Below, piece after piece: positions 11,168-22,167 of a stretch of DNA of 64,000 nt. The DNA is from Tubulanus polymorphus (taxonomy: Eukaryota; Animalia; Nemertea), in contig NC_134027.1 in assembly GCF_964204645.1 (NCBI RefSeq), forward strand, positions 10,696,485 to 10,760,484, read 5' to 3'. Positions within the stretch are counted from its first letter, which is position 1, and each line of letters opens with the position of its first letter. Made by a program: the position numbers and the translations under genes. The notes below the pieces were generated by a model. The model was given only the letters and a program-made list of their open reading frames with translations, was not told where the DNA came from and made no database searches.

Positions 11168-12181
11168 CATTTTTATAGCCCACTTACGATTAATCGAGGA
11201 CTTTTTACTCCGAACTAGGTCAAACAGCTGGGGCGTTTGACTTCTTAGTAATAGTGGTGTAGTTACTTGTATTCATAAATAGGTCAAACAGCATGACCAA
11301 ACAGTTTGACCGCGTAGTATTTTTTCCCATAATTGTTTAAATCAGAAACTAGGTCAATCCAGCTGGGGCGGTTGACCTAGTTAGTTTTGTATGACTTTGT
11401 ATTTCTTTGTTAGATTGATGATATTGTTATTTTGTACGTGACAGCAAATTAGGTTGTCACGTGTTTTGGTATAATTTTTCAAATAAACGTCAAGCAGCTG
11501 GGGCGCTTGGCCTTTTCCATCTAACAATTTGTCCCGACTTATTTTCTGTTGCAAAAAACAAAAGATGTGCGAATGACCAGTTGCCCATCAGCATTTTTGC
11601 GACAGAAAATGAAGTACTTCTCCCGGCGGGCAACATAACACCAGCCGGTGGCGCCAACCTCGTGCTATTAGCCAACCAGCCAATCAACGCGAAGTAAACA
11701 CGTCCTTTTCAGTTCCGGAACTCAGGCGTAAAGTTTAACATTTTACCACCCTCCATCCCCTACCTGCGCCTACGGCATTTGTTAGCCCTCTTACGATTAA
11801 TCTTTTCTAGCCCATTTTTATAGCCCACTTACGATTAATCGAGGACTTTTTACTCCGAACTAGGTCAAACAGCTGGGGCGTTTGACTTCATAGTAATAGT
11901 GGTGTAGTTACTTGTATTCATAAATAGGTCAAACAGCAGGGGCGTTTGACCGCGTAGTATTTTTTCCCATAATTGTTTAAATCAGAAACTAGGTCAATCC
12001 AGCTGGGGCGGTTGATCTAGTTAGTTTTGTATGACTTTGTATTTCTTTGTTAGATTGATGATATTGTAATTTTGTACGTGACAGCAAATTAGGTTGTCAC
12101 GTGTTTTGGTATAATTTTTCAAATAAACGTCAAGCAGCTGGGGCGCTTGGCCTTTTCCATCTAACAATTTGTCCCGACTTA
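11168..12181 (+). repeat. Split direct repeats: B1 (11168-11541), A2 (11556-11744), B2 (11813-12181)
   Basis: B1 and B2 are near-identical ~370-bp copies; A2 is the reverse complement of 13901-14090. Confidence 0.9.
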
Positions 12182-12790
12182 ATATTAATGATTATCTCGT
12201 TGGCACCTGCCCAGAAGCAGGAAAATTAAGCCCTAATATTAATGATTATTTCGTGGGCACCTGCCCAGAAGCAGGAAAATTAAGCCCTTATACTAATTAT
12301 TATTTTCCTGGGCACCTGCCCAGAAGCAGGAAAATTAAGCCCTAATATCAATGATTATCCCGTTGGCACCTGCCCAGAAGCAGGAAAATTAAGCCCTAAT
12401 ATTGATGATTAATTCGTAGGCACCTGCCCAGAAGCAGGAAAATTAAGCCCTTAGACTAATTATTATTTCCTGGGCACCTGCCCAGAAGCAGGAAAATTAA
12501 GCCCTTATGTTAATGATTGTCTCGTGGGCACCTGCCCAGAAGCAGGAAAATTAAGCCCAATATTAATGATTATATCGTGGTAACCCGCCCAGAAGCAGGA
12601 AAATTAAGCCCAATATTCATGATTAATTATCCCATGGGTACCTGCCTAGAAGCAGGGAAATTAAGCCCTATATCAATATGTATCACAGGAAAATTAAGGC
12701 CTCATATTAAACATTTATTCATGGGCACCTGCCCCGAAGCAGGAAAATTAAGCCCGATATTAATGCTTATCTCCTGGGACCTCCAGTACA
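12182..12790. repeat. ~59-bp minisatellite, about 10 units
   Basis: Core GGCACCTGCCCAGAAGCAGGAAAATTAAGCCC repeated with mutually related AT-rich linkers. Confidence 0.9.
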
Positions 12791-13198
12791 GTAGCATATT
12801 CTAAAAACCTTTATGGTAATGATCGGGAAAAATGCACGCCCTAATCAATGGTTATTGCAGGATTAGGAAAATTCCATGGGCCCCTGGCCAGAGGCAGGCA
12901 AAATTCAACCTTTCATCAATGAAGACCAGGTAAAAAACTTAAAGGTAATAACGTGCATAGAAACATCAAACTGTATCATTTCTGAGCATCCGAGCATTAA
13001 GTTATTGGCTCAAGGATTACTGAGTACGTAAACTATATATATATATATTTAAGGAGGCTATATCAATCACTAATTTATTTATTTATATGTTAACGAATAC
13101 TATATAAATTTTTTTTTATTTTTTTTATTTATTTATTTTTTTTTATAATATACTAGCAGTTATGTATGTGTGTCCATATCACTACGTATTTCCATGCT

Positions 13199-13819
13199 TC
13201 AGACCCTTTCACTCCTATTAGTCCCGAGACACTTCCCGGCCTTAACCATCGCCCCACGGAGTGACCGATATAGTTTAATGTTGCCCTGTTTGTTCAAGTG
13301 AACTAGATCCCCACCATACAGATTATATCTAGAATTCCAAAACCCCCGATGCCGCCAGGAAAATATCTTTTCGCACCCTGTACAAGCGGCGTGCAGAAAT
13401 TCCTGCGCTTGTCTAACCCTACTATTCCCAGTAATTTCGTTAAAACTGCGCCATCTCTGGCGGCGAATAGGGTCACATATATACACAACAGCACCCGTAC
13501 GCTCGACAATGGCATTAGCGTATTGAAATATTTTCATTCCAACAAACGCTGGGGTTAGATACCGGTTATCTAGGTCGTTTGACCCAATCTGCAGCAAAAC
13601 TAATGTAGGCCGCTGCTCACAGATCAATGAGAGCACATCACGGTTTATCAAAATATCTATAGTTGCTCCCCCAATACCGATCAAATGAGGTGCCGCAAAG
13701 TCTAAACCAGCTAGACCCCAATCGGAATTAACAATAGAGGAAGCAGAACTATTCTCTCTCACAAAATCACCCAGCCGCCTTATATAACTATGGCCTACGA
13801 CTACAATGTTCTTAGACAT
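13199..13819 (-). CDS. SGNH/GDSL hydrolase-like protein
   Basis: Blocks VVVGHSY, GIGGATI, LQIGSNDL, DLVHLN; such ORFs are known accessory genes of Ngaro elements. Confidence 0.88.
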   Translation of the reverse strand: MSKNIVVVGHSYIRRLGDFVRENSSASSIVNSDWGLAGLDFAAPHLIGIGGATIDILINRDVLSLICEQRPTLVLLQIGSNDLDNRYLTPAFVGMKIFQYANAIVERTGAVVYICDPIRRQRWRSFNEITGNSRVRQAQEFLHAACTGCEKIFSWRHRGFWNSRYNLYGGDLVHLNKQGNIKLYRSLRGAMVKAGKCLGTNRSERV

Positions 13820-14086
13820 CCTATCTAAAAATACCGGTATACAAAATTATCGGATGAGTACGTAAAAAAAGGATAATTAACGATTAAAAAGGGAGAAATG
13901 AAAATGTTAAACTTTACGCCTGAGATCCGGAACTGAAAAGGACGTGTTTACTTCGCGTTGATTGGCTGGTTGGCTAATAGCACGAGGTTGGCGCCACCGG
14001 CTGGTGCTATGTTGCCCGCCGGGAGAAGTACTTCATTTTCTGTCGCAAAAAATGCTGATGGGCAACTGGTCATTCGCACATCTTTT

Positions 14087-15163
14087 GTTTATTTATCAGC
14101 CGATATAAAAGTAACCGGTAATAATAATAATTATGTTGTTGATAATGTTGGAAGATATTTGATTAAAAAATTAACTATAAAGATTGGTCCAGAAACAGTT
14201 TTCTCATTAGATGATTATAATTTATTTATGCATCATAAAGATTTATGGTTAACTAAAGAAAATAGAAATAATATGATATTTCAAGGCATCCAATCAGAAA
14301 ACCAAAATAAATTAAGATCAGAAGCTAATAGCGCAATGTTAACTAATGCTGTAGATAAATTGATAAAAAGTATATATGGAAGCAAATATAAAATTCCATT
14401 AGACTTTGAATTGATAAATAACAATGCAACTTTATATAAATACGCAATTCAAGAAGATGTTATATTCGAAATAACATTTGCTCCTGTTAATGAAATTGTA
14501 ATATCTAGCGTTTATAAAGATATGAGTTATAAATTATCGAATATATGTTTAGAATATGACACAGTAACTGATGAAAATATTTCAAGTATAATTCAAACTC
14601 AATACAATCAAGGATTTTCATTATTATATGATTAAATTGATAAATTTAAAACCGTAACTATTAATGCAAATGATGAAATAATTAATGAGAATATTAACTT
14701 CCCAAGAAGATCTATTAAAGGTATATTAATATTTTTTACCATTGCAACATATACTAATGGCGCAATAAATGTTGATAATTATTATAATCCTGAAATAACA
14801 AAAGTAGAAATAACTATCGAAGGAATAGCAAATAAAATATTTTGTCAAGGAATGAGAATGATTGATCAATGGCCAGAAATTAGAAAACATTTTATGAATG
14901 AAAAAGTGAAATCATCTGAAAATTGTAATATTAATCAAATTGATTATTATACCGGCAATAAATATGCATTATGGTTAGATTTTAGAACAACAGAGGATAA
15001 TTCATTACATGGTTCTGGAAAAAAACTACAGAACACTAAAGATGGAATACAATTATTCATGACAAAGAATAAAGGAATCAAAAATTTTAAAATGCACATT
15101 TATATTATATCTGACGCGCAATTAAATATTGTAAATTCTCAATTAAATAGTGTTATGTATTAA
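14087..15163 (+). pseudogene. Major capsid protein, 3' part, with in-frame TAA at 14633-14635
   Basis: VYLSADIK..VVDNVGRYLIKKLTI..KDLWLT..KIPLDF..LSNICLEYD..*..PRRSIKGIL..KYALWLDFRT..LHGSG..SDAQLNI, all in one frame. Confidence 0.78.
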
Positions 15164-15195
15164 AATTTTAACTTTAATAAAAATTTATATAATAA

Positions 15196-16179
15196 ATGGA
15201 AGGAGGTAAAGTATATAAACATATTCCATACATCGATACACATGAAAATAATGATGGTTTATATTATGTAAAACCTTGTAATATAGCTTTTATATTTGAT
15301 CCTATTTTCAAAATTTATAAAACTAAACTAATAGAAATCGATAATAATAAAAGTGAAGTTGTTGATAATTTAAGTAATGTAATTGATAATAATGTAATAC
15401 CTTCTACATCTAATAATGTAATACCTACTACATCTAATAATGTAATACCTACTACATCTAATAATGTAATACCCTCTACATCAAATAATGTAATACCTAC
15501 TACATCTAATAATGTAATACCTTCTACATATAATAATGAAATAATATTAAATGTTACTGAAAATAGAAATTATTGTGATTATTGTAAAGGCGAATTTTCA
15601 AACGCTCCATCAAATTGGAATAATCATATGAATACAAAGATACATATTACTAATGTTATAGAACGTGTTGGTAAAAAAGAATTTATAGAACACCCATTTA
15701 GATATGTTACAAAGTTTGTTTCAAATCAAAAAGTAAATGGTAAAGAATTATATGAAGATTTATTATTAGCAACACCTAATAAAGATGAATTAGATTTAAC
15801 CGATGCTATTAAATTAGAATCAAACATTGTAAGTGAAATATTAGGAGCAAACACTAATAAAGATAATAATGAAAATGGTGCCGTATGGCACCCACATGGT
15901 GATATAGTTACAGATAAGCATATTGATAATAAACATTCTATGAAACTTAATATGAAATCAGAAAATAAAGATATAGTTGAGATGACTAATAAGTATATCA
16001 ATAAACCAATTATTTATGAAGATACGGTAAAAAGGGTGAAGAATAAGTACAAAAATAATAAAGAATTTGAAGAAGAAAATTCGGTAGAGAATTTGAATAG
16101 ATTGTTAGGGTCTGATGATGAATTGGAGAGTGATGATGAAAGTGATTCAGAAAGTGATTATCTAACACTCAAAAAGTAA
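15196..16179 (+). CDS. Hypothetical protein with 8-aa repeats and a C2H2-like finger
   Basis: NNVIP(S/T)TS x6 (24-bp repeat, ~15388-15535); YCDYC..WNNHMNTKIH; acidic tail. Confidence 0.6.
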   Translation: MEGGKVYKHIPYIDTHENNDGLYYVKPCNIAFIFDPIFKIYKTKLIEIDNNKSEVVDNLSNVIDNNVIPSTSNNVIPTTSNNVIPTTSNNVIPSTSNNVIPTTSNNVIPSTYNNEIILNVTENRNYCDYCKGEFSNAPSNWNNHMNTKIHITNVIERVGKKEFIEHPFRYVTKFVSNQKVNGKELYEDLLLATPNKDELDLTDAIKLESNIVSEILGANTNKDNNENGAVWHPHGDIVTDKHIDNKHSMKLNMKSENKDIVEMTNKYINKPIIYEDTVKRVKNKYKNNKEFEEENSVENLNRLLGSDDELESDDESDSESDYLTLKK

Positions 16180-16183
16180 TAAA

Positions 16184-16505
16184 GGTTGAAAATTGTATAA
16201 AATAATAGTAAATAAAAAAGGGGGTTTTAAGTATTAAGGTATCTAATACATATCTAATACCTATCTAATACGTATTTAATACATATTATTTGAAAATACC
16301 TTAAATTATATTTCTTTTTTAAATTTATATTGAAACCTCAGTAATAATAAATAACCTTTATTATTTTCAAACTTATTCATATATTAGTTGAAAAAAATAA
16401 AAATAAATTGGTTGAAAATTGTATGAATAATATTTATTTTAGAAAAGGGGGTTTTAAGTATTAATGTATTTAATACTTATCTAATACGTATTAAATACGT
16501 ATTAG
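16184..16505. repeat. Duplicated intergenic block between convergent genes
   Basis: GGTTGAAAATTGTAT..AAAAGGGGGTTTTAAGTATTAA..TATCTAATAC occurs twice (~16184-16280 and ~16410-16500). Confidence 0.65.
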
Positions 16506-16525
16506 ATACATAGGTATACAAATAG

Positions 16526-17137
16526 TTATTTTATAAATTTATATTCATAGGGAAATTGTAATCTCAGTAATAATTTTGAACCTTTATTATTCTTTAATTT
16601 ATTCATATATTCATCATGTAATTCATTAGGTATAATTTGATTTTCTTCCAATGATTGTTGCATAGATTTTTTATCTTTGTTATAAAATAAAACTAGAAAT
16701 CTTATATTCTCCCTAAAGTCTTTAACAATTGAATTATATTTTTGATTTAAAACCCATGTTGTTATCCCAAAATGTCTACCAGAAAAAGCTAGATAACATA
16801 ACTCACTTTCTCTCACTTTTGAATCATGTAAATTTGCGCAATCATCTATAATGAATAATGTATTTGATCCTTTATAAGTATCAATTGCTATTTTTATACA
16901 ATTATCTAAATTCTCTTTTACTATTTTAGGATCTAATATAATAAACTTTTTTATTTTAACTATATCTCTATTATATGTTTTATTCATTTCATAAGTAGGA
17001 CAGAATAATATTATATTATCAAAATGATTCTTATAAATAGTTTCTAACAAATCTAATATGAAATGTGTTTTACCACAATTGGTTACACCAGTAACTAACA
17101 TATTATGCGGTTCAAATATAAATAAATCTTTATTCAT
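16526..17137 (-). CDS. DNA packaging ATPase (A32/FtsK-HerA type)
   Basis: Walker A VTGVTNCGKT, Walker B LFIIDD, SGRHFGIT..LNQ, FREN. Confidence 0.93.
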   Translation of the reverse strand: MNKDLFIFEPHNMLVTGVTNCGKTHFILDLLETIYKNHFDNIILFCPTYEMNKTYNRDIVKIKKFIILDPKIVKENLDNCIKIAIDTYKGSNTLFIIDDCANLHDSKVRESELCYLAFSGRHFGITTWVLNQKYNSIVKDFRENIRFLVLFYNKDKKSMQQSLEENQIIPNELHDEYMNKLKNNKGSKLLLRLQFPYEYKFIK

Positions 17138-17687
17138 TTATTCTTTTAATTTTACTAGATAAAATCCATTCATTAAATTTATCATCGTATCCTTTATATT
17201 TCACCAAAGAATACTTTTTTCCTTTAAGAGTTTTTGTTTTCAATACTTTTTCTATTTTGTATTCTATTTCATCTGGATTTGGTACAAGTGATAATTCTTG
17301 TTCATAGAAATAACCTAATATTTCTTCATCTTTTAGATCTTCTAGTTTATAAACAAAAGGTTTAGTTAATATTATCTTTTTAATTTTAAATATTTCTTCA
17401 GTAAAATTAGGGGTATAACCTTTATAAAAGGTTTTTCTATATTTAGATTTTCTTGTTAAATAAGTTTTATCCATTTTCTTGTGGATTTGATATGTTGGTT
17501 GATTTTGTAACCATGATTTTAATTCACTATATTTTTTATCACCATGTGGGTGCCGTGCGGCACCATTTTCATTATCAGATTTAATTTATTCCATAATTCT
17601 GAAACGTTAGAATATGATACTTCACTTTCTGGGTTATAATATAAATCTCTTAAATATTGTTCTTTTTTCATCTTATTTTAATCCATT
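17130..17687 (-). pseudogene. Polinton integrase with C-terminal chromodomain; catalytic core missing
   Basis: N-terminal LYYNP..WLQNQPTYQIHK joined directly to FYKGYTPNFTEEIF..GYFYEQEL..YKIEKVL..LVKYKGYDDKFNEWI. Confidence 0.85.
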
Positions 17688-18640
17688 AATAATAATTTAG
17701 ATTTAGTTTCAATGGTTTTATGATTTGACTTATTTTCTGGTATAATAGGTTTATTATCATTGGAATCATCTTTATCATCAAATTTGAATTTTGATTTATA
17801 TATTACGCCGGATAATATAATAACTGTTACTAATCCAATTGTAATATATAATTTATAATTACTTCCAGCATTAGAAGAATCAGATGGATTATCATTCGAA
17901 TCAATATCAGATGAAGTCTGTGATTCATTTATATCAGTTAATTTCTTTTTCTTAGCTTTTTTTTAATTCTGCAGATCTTTTACCTAATTCTCTTGCCCAT
18001 TTAATTTGTTTTTCAGATCTAACCTTTTTCTTAACGCCATCACTCATTTATTTTAGTTAATTTTTGTTCTGATTCATTTTCGGTTTCGGCGTTAGGTTGT
18101 AGTACATCTGTTTCGTTCTTACCTGATTTATATTCCATAGGCTTGATGTTCGAAAATGTTATGACGTCAGTAGAAATTAATGTCATAACCGATCCTAATT
18201 GAAATGAAGCATATCCAACCCATTTTTGTAATTCAGTCATAACTAAGTCATTTTTCAAATCACTATATAATTTATTTTCATCATCAATTGGTATTAACTG
18301 GTTACATAACTTAGAATAACATTTGACAATACCATCTGAAATAGAATCATCTATTCGGGCTAATCTTGCTTCTTCATAAATCTTAAAATATTTTATTACT
18401 TTATCTGGTTTCATAGCATCTAATTCTTGAAAAGTTATTATTTTTCCCAAGAAATCCTTAGATTTCCCGCCAGCAATTAATAATTCAAGATGATGCATAA
18501 CAATATAAATAGTATTCATAATCTATATTACAATTAACTTGAATAGAATTAGAAACAACTGGATCCTTATTATCACTAATACCCAAATCATCTAATGTTT
18601 TTTCAATATCAATACTATTCTTACTCGATTTCTTTGACAT
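17676..18640 (-). pseudogene. Two frameshifted Polinton hypothetical genes
   Basis: TAAATG starts at 18640 and ~18047; LIAGGKSKDFLGK..YFKIYE block; KWARELGKRSAELKK followed by a hydrophobic segment. Confidence 0.5.
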
Positions 18641-19370
18641 TTATATTAGAGAAATTTAATAAGAAAAATATTATAAGTATTATAAAATGATACTAGATAG
18701 TTAAAGTTAAAGAATTCTAGTATTGACTACTGATACTAGCTATTTGAATTTAAAGAATTTCTATTTGAATCTATTCAAAATATAAAGTATTCTCTTTTTG
18801 AAAAGAAAATATTAAAAATATAATAGAATTCACTAGCTAGTTGAAGTTATTGTTTTTTAAATACTTTTTATTTAAATTTGGATTTAATATCTCACTACTA
18901 TTGTCTATCTATTAGGAGCAGTAATTATAACTGTCCAGATAAGTCCTTTCGGATCCTTGATATCAAATTCCTCAACGTATTGTTCATTATTTGGATCATT
19001 GTTTCATTGATCAATAAATTTCTTTGCCTTTGTTAACTGTTCTAAATATAACTGTAAATCTAGTTTATTAGATTTTATTTTATTTTCTTTCTTTTCAAGA
19101 GGTCTTAAATTTTCCAAATTCCAAATAAGTCTTTTATTGTATTCATCATTCCTTTCCATTTATAAATCAAATTTTTAATAAAATTGATTAATATTTTAGA
19201 ATCCTCTTCCATTTCTTCGACTAACGTCATCCTTTTTCATTCCTCGCTGCTTTCGATAAGTCATTTCGGATCCTCGATAATAAATCCTCAACTGAAAATC
19301 AATTCAACGAAACGACTGGTGGAAATATTATTTCATAAACACATATATTTATTATGTAAATTTTAGCGAT

Positions 19371-19566
19371 CGATAATAGAACAATGGGAACAATAGAAAA
19401 GCGGTCCAATCGGACCGGTTATTGCGCAATACACAGTTAACAGTAAACAATCAATACAGAACAACCGCCGCCATTAACAACGATCAATAATAGAACAATG
19501 GAGAACAATAGAAATGCGGTCCAATCGGACCGGTTATTGCGCAATACACAGTTAACAGTAAACAAT
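19371..19566 (+). repeat. Two ~80-bp direct repeats
   Basis: AATAGAACAATGG..GCGGTCCAATCGGACCGGTTATTGCGCAATACACAGTTAACAGTAAACAAT twice; contains a GGTCC..GGACC hairpin. Confidence 0.8.
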
Positions 19567-19643
19567 ACAATATTAAAACAGATATATACAATCGAGATTA
19601 CATTTTTTGATATCTATATTACAAAGATCTTCAGTGTTATGAT

Positions 19644-19964
19644 TTATAATTTTGTCCAGAATTCTTTAATTACTGGATTGTTTCCAATCATTTCTTCAAT
19701 TTCTGGTAAATATCCGACTACTTCACTTAATGCTAATCCTAATATTTTGAATTTTTCATATTTTATTAATCTACCTACTCTTCTCAGTTTTCTTTCAAAA
19801 CCGGCACTGATATCTCCACTCATTTTCTTAGTTTTCGATTCTTTGAGTCCCGACAGCAATTTAAGTCGCGTTGCTGGTAATTTTGGTAATTGTAGTTCGC
19901 GCGGTAATTGTTTATTATGTATTACATCAGTCAGAATTTTCACCATTTCTTGATGATAATCCAA
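19644..19964 (-). CDS. Hypothetical protein, possibly a fragment
   Basis: 106-aa ORF in the Polinton right arm; no motif recognised. Confidence 0.35.
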   Translation of the reverse strand: MDYHQEMVKILTDVIHNKQLPRELQLPKLPATRLKLLSGLKESKTKKMSGDISAGFERKLRRVGRLIKYEKFKILGLALSEVVGYLPEIEEMIGNNPVIKEFWTKL

Positions 19965-20448
19965 ATGTTCTTGTAATTTTGTGAAGTTTGTTCGTCAATT
20001 ACGAGAGTTTTATCCTCCATTTCTATTGATTCCTGAGTTTCACTATCCAGCAGCATTAGTTCCTTTTCCGATGGTTGGCTTAGAATTTCTGGTTCATCTT
20101 TGTGTTCCATTTTAATCTAAAAGATGTCGTGAAAATGAATTACTGTACTTAAATATGTTTAAAGGTTTCCCTACTTCATAATATATGTACTTACATTTAG
20201 ATTTAGAACTGTAAACTGTGTTTTGAGAGAGAATATCCAATACGTACTATGTATGTGAAAGTTGATTTCTAACTGCCGACGTGGCGCACGTTCGACCAAA
20301 CTAATTATTTCTGCACAGATGTTCTTTGTGATGAAGTTAATTAATTCTTTAGAATTGAAAACAAGATATATTTGGCAACATATGTTTTAGTAGTAAGCAA
20401 AAGCTATGTATTATATACATACAAAGCTCAAATAGAATTGCCAGCTTT

Positions 20449-21117
20449 CTAACCACTGATTAAAACCTCAGAATGCGGTTGATTCTGTGAAATACTATTC
20501 CATAATTCAACAAATGTCTTTGCTTTATCCAGTTGATCTAAATATAACTGTAAATCTAGTTTATTAGATTTAATTATGTTTTCCTTCTTTTCTAAAGGTC
20601 TTAGATTCTTCCAATTCCAAATAAGTTTTTTATTGTATTCATCATTCATGTCAAATTTAGAAATCGGCAACACGTGATCAATATGAAAGTATTCACCATA
20701 ATTATCTATATTCATTTTATCATCGAATTGATATATTATCTATGATTTGAGAAATTCATCTGAACAACCCAACAAATTAGATAATGTTTCTGAATGTGTT
20801 TCTTTGTTGAATAATTGTGTTAATCTAGATCTTAAGCATTGTTTCAATCTAAAATTAAGATCTGTTTGATATCTTCCTCTCATATATTCTGCCATATAAT
20901 AATTATAATGTTCTATATTATCTTCTCGGTATTGTTTGGTATATAGTTTAAAACAAGTTTTACAGCAATATTGAAAACCATCTTTGCTAATCTTACGCTT
21001 ACTAAATTCTGTTAAAGCTAATTTATCTAATTCACACTTAGAACACTTCTTGTAGTATATATTTATGACGCCAGTGTTTTTTGTAATATTGATAGTTTGT
21101 GGTTGTTCTGATTCCAT
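20449..21117 (-). pseudogene. HNH endonuclease with N-terminal Zn ribbon (large-DNA-virus style); in-frame stop at 20740
   Basis: KKCSKC..CKTC, FRLKQCLRSRL, LLGCS, NYGEYFHIDHVLP, WKNLRPL..ENIIKSNK. A partial duplicate of the 3' part lies at ~19010-19160. Confidence 0.8.
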
Positions 21118-21373
21118 TTATTATACATATTTTTTTACTAAATTGATTTTAGAAGTTCAATGATTTATATATGAATTATTTCAATCACACTTTACTAACA
21201 CTTTTAATGTTTAAAAATCTAACTCATACATCTATATATCTATTCTATAAGAGCTCGTTAATTACTCGTTACTTTTTTACTAACACTTTACTCACACTTT
21301 TATATTGAATAATCTATCAATTTATATGTTATTCATGTAAATTATGTTTATATATATATATGAATATTTTAAG

Positions 21374-21562
21374 AGTAATAGGGATAATAGGCTTTCAGGT
21401 TAAAGGTTGAAGGGGCGAGTGAGTAAAAAATGAAAATAACAATAATTTACAGTTGAATTAGGAGTGTGCGCGACTAATTCAACTGTAAATTATTGTTATT
21501 TTCATTTTTTTACGAGCTCGACCGTTCGACCTTTGATCTGAAAGCCTATTATCCCTATTACT
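21374..21562. mobile_element. ~190-bp palindromic (fold-back) element
   Basis: AGTAATAGGGATAATAGGCTTTCAG...CTGAAAGCCTATTATCCCTATTACT; related half copy at ~48943-49000. Confidence 0.8.
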
Positions 21563-22058
21563 GCGGTCGACTACGACTCGATCGTCGCGGAGTCTCATAG
21601 AGTCATAGAGTCTAGGAAAGTTTATTGATGAAAGTACCTAAATATAAAACACCTTACAATGTACATAAACTGTATTCGTATTTTACATTTTATGTTCTAT
21701 TTTAATGATGTTGTTTCTTCTTTATTGTATATGTCCAATAATGTCAATAATGTATGTAAAACGTTACGGCACAATAAAGATTTTATTGAATTGAAATTTA
21801 TTGAATTATGATGCATAACTCGTCGTTGAATGGATGGATAATTATATTATTTGTCAGAATGGAATAATGAAAAAGGTTGCATTCGACAGACTGAGTGGAA
21901 TAAAGTGGAATTTTATACAGAGGAATGAACCATCATCTGCGTAGATAATGAAACCGAATTATCATCAGATTGGTTTCATCGTTTTACATCCATCCACGTG
22001 ACCTTGAAATATGTATCTAAATCTCTTTGTGTGTTTATTTTTATTTAATAGGTGGCAT

Positions 22059-22167
22059 GGGTCCAGTTCCACAGTTGTGAGTTTGAGTTAACTCTGAGTT
22101 AAGGTTTGTTCATTTTCAATGATTTAACTCAAAGTCAAATCTTAACTCAGAACTGTGGAACTGGGCC
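22059..22167. mobile_element. MITE, PIF/Harbinger-like ends
   Basis: GGGTCCAGTTCCACAGTT...AACTGTGGAACTGGGCC; full copy at 54215-54323, half copies at ~29630 and ~36222. Confidence 0.8.

Larger units (their letters stand above)
8535..14090. mobile_element. Rearranged Ngaro/DIRS-type tyrosine-recombinase retrotransposon inserted in the capsid gene
   Basis: Abrupt GC rise; gag zinc-knuckle remnant CKLCRGPHSAVRC (8544-8582), RT/RNaseH, YR, split direct repeats, SGNH ORF. Confidence 0.92.
1..21200. mobile_element. Degraded endogenous Polinton/Maverick (adintovirus-like) element; left end outside the window, right end approximate
   Basis: Very AT-rich, densely packed intronless ORFs: pPolB, penton-like, major-capsid-like, A32-type ATPase, retroviral-type integrase with chromodomain. 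Many stops and frameshifts. No TIR pair visible. Confidence 0.92.

Noticed and set aside
12182-12790. CRISPR-like repeat-spacer pattern
   Set aside because: The spacers are related to each other, there are no cas genes, and the context is eukaryotic; it is a minisatellite.
13958-14086. N-terminus of ORF 13958-14635
   Set aside because: Read-through from the retrotransposon A repeat into the capsid frame; not a real start.
1-21200. Bacteriophage or prophage interpretation
   Set aside because: No Shine-Dalgarno pattern; the chromodomain integrase and nested eukaryotic transposons indicate a Polinton.
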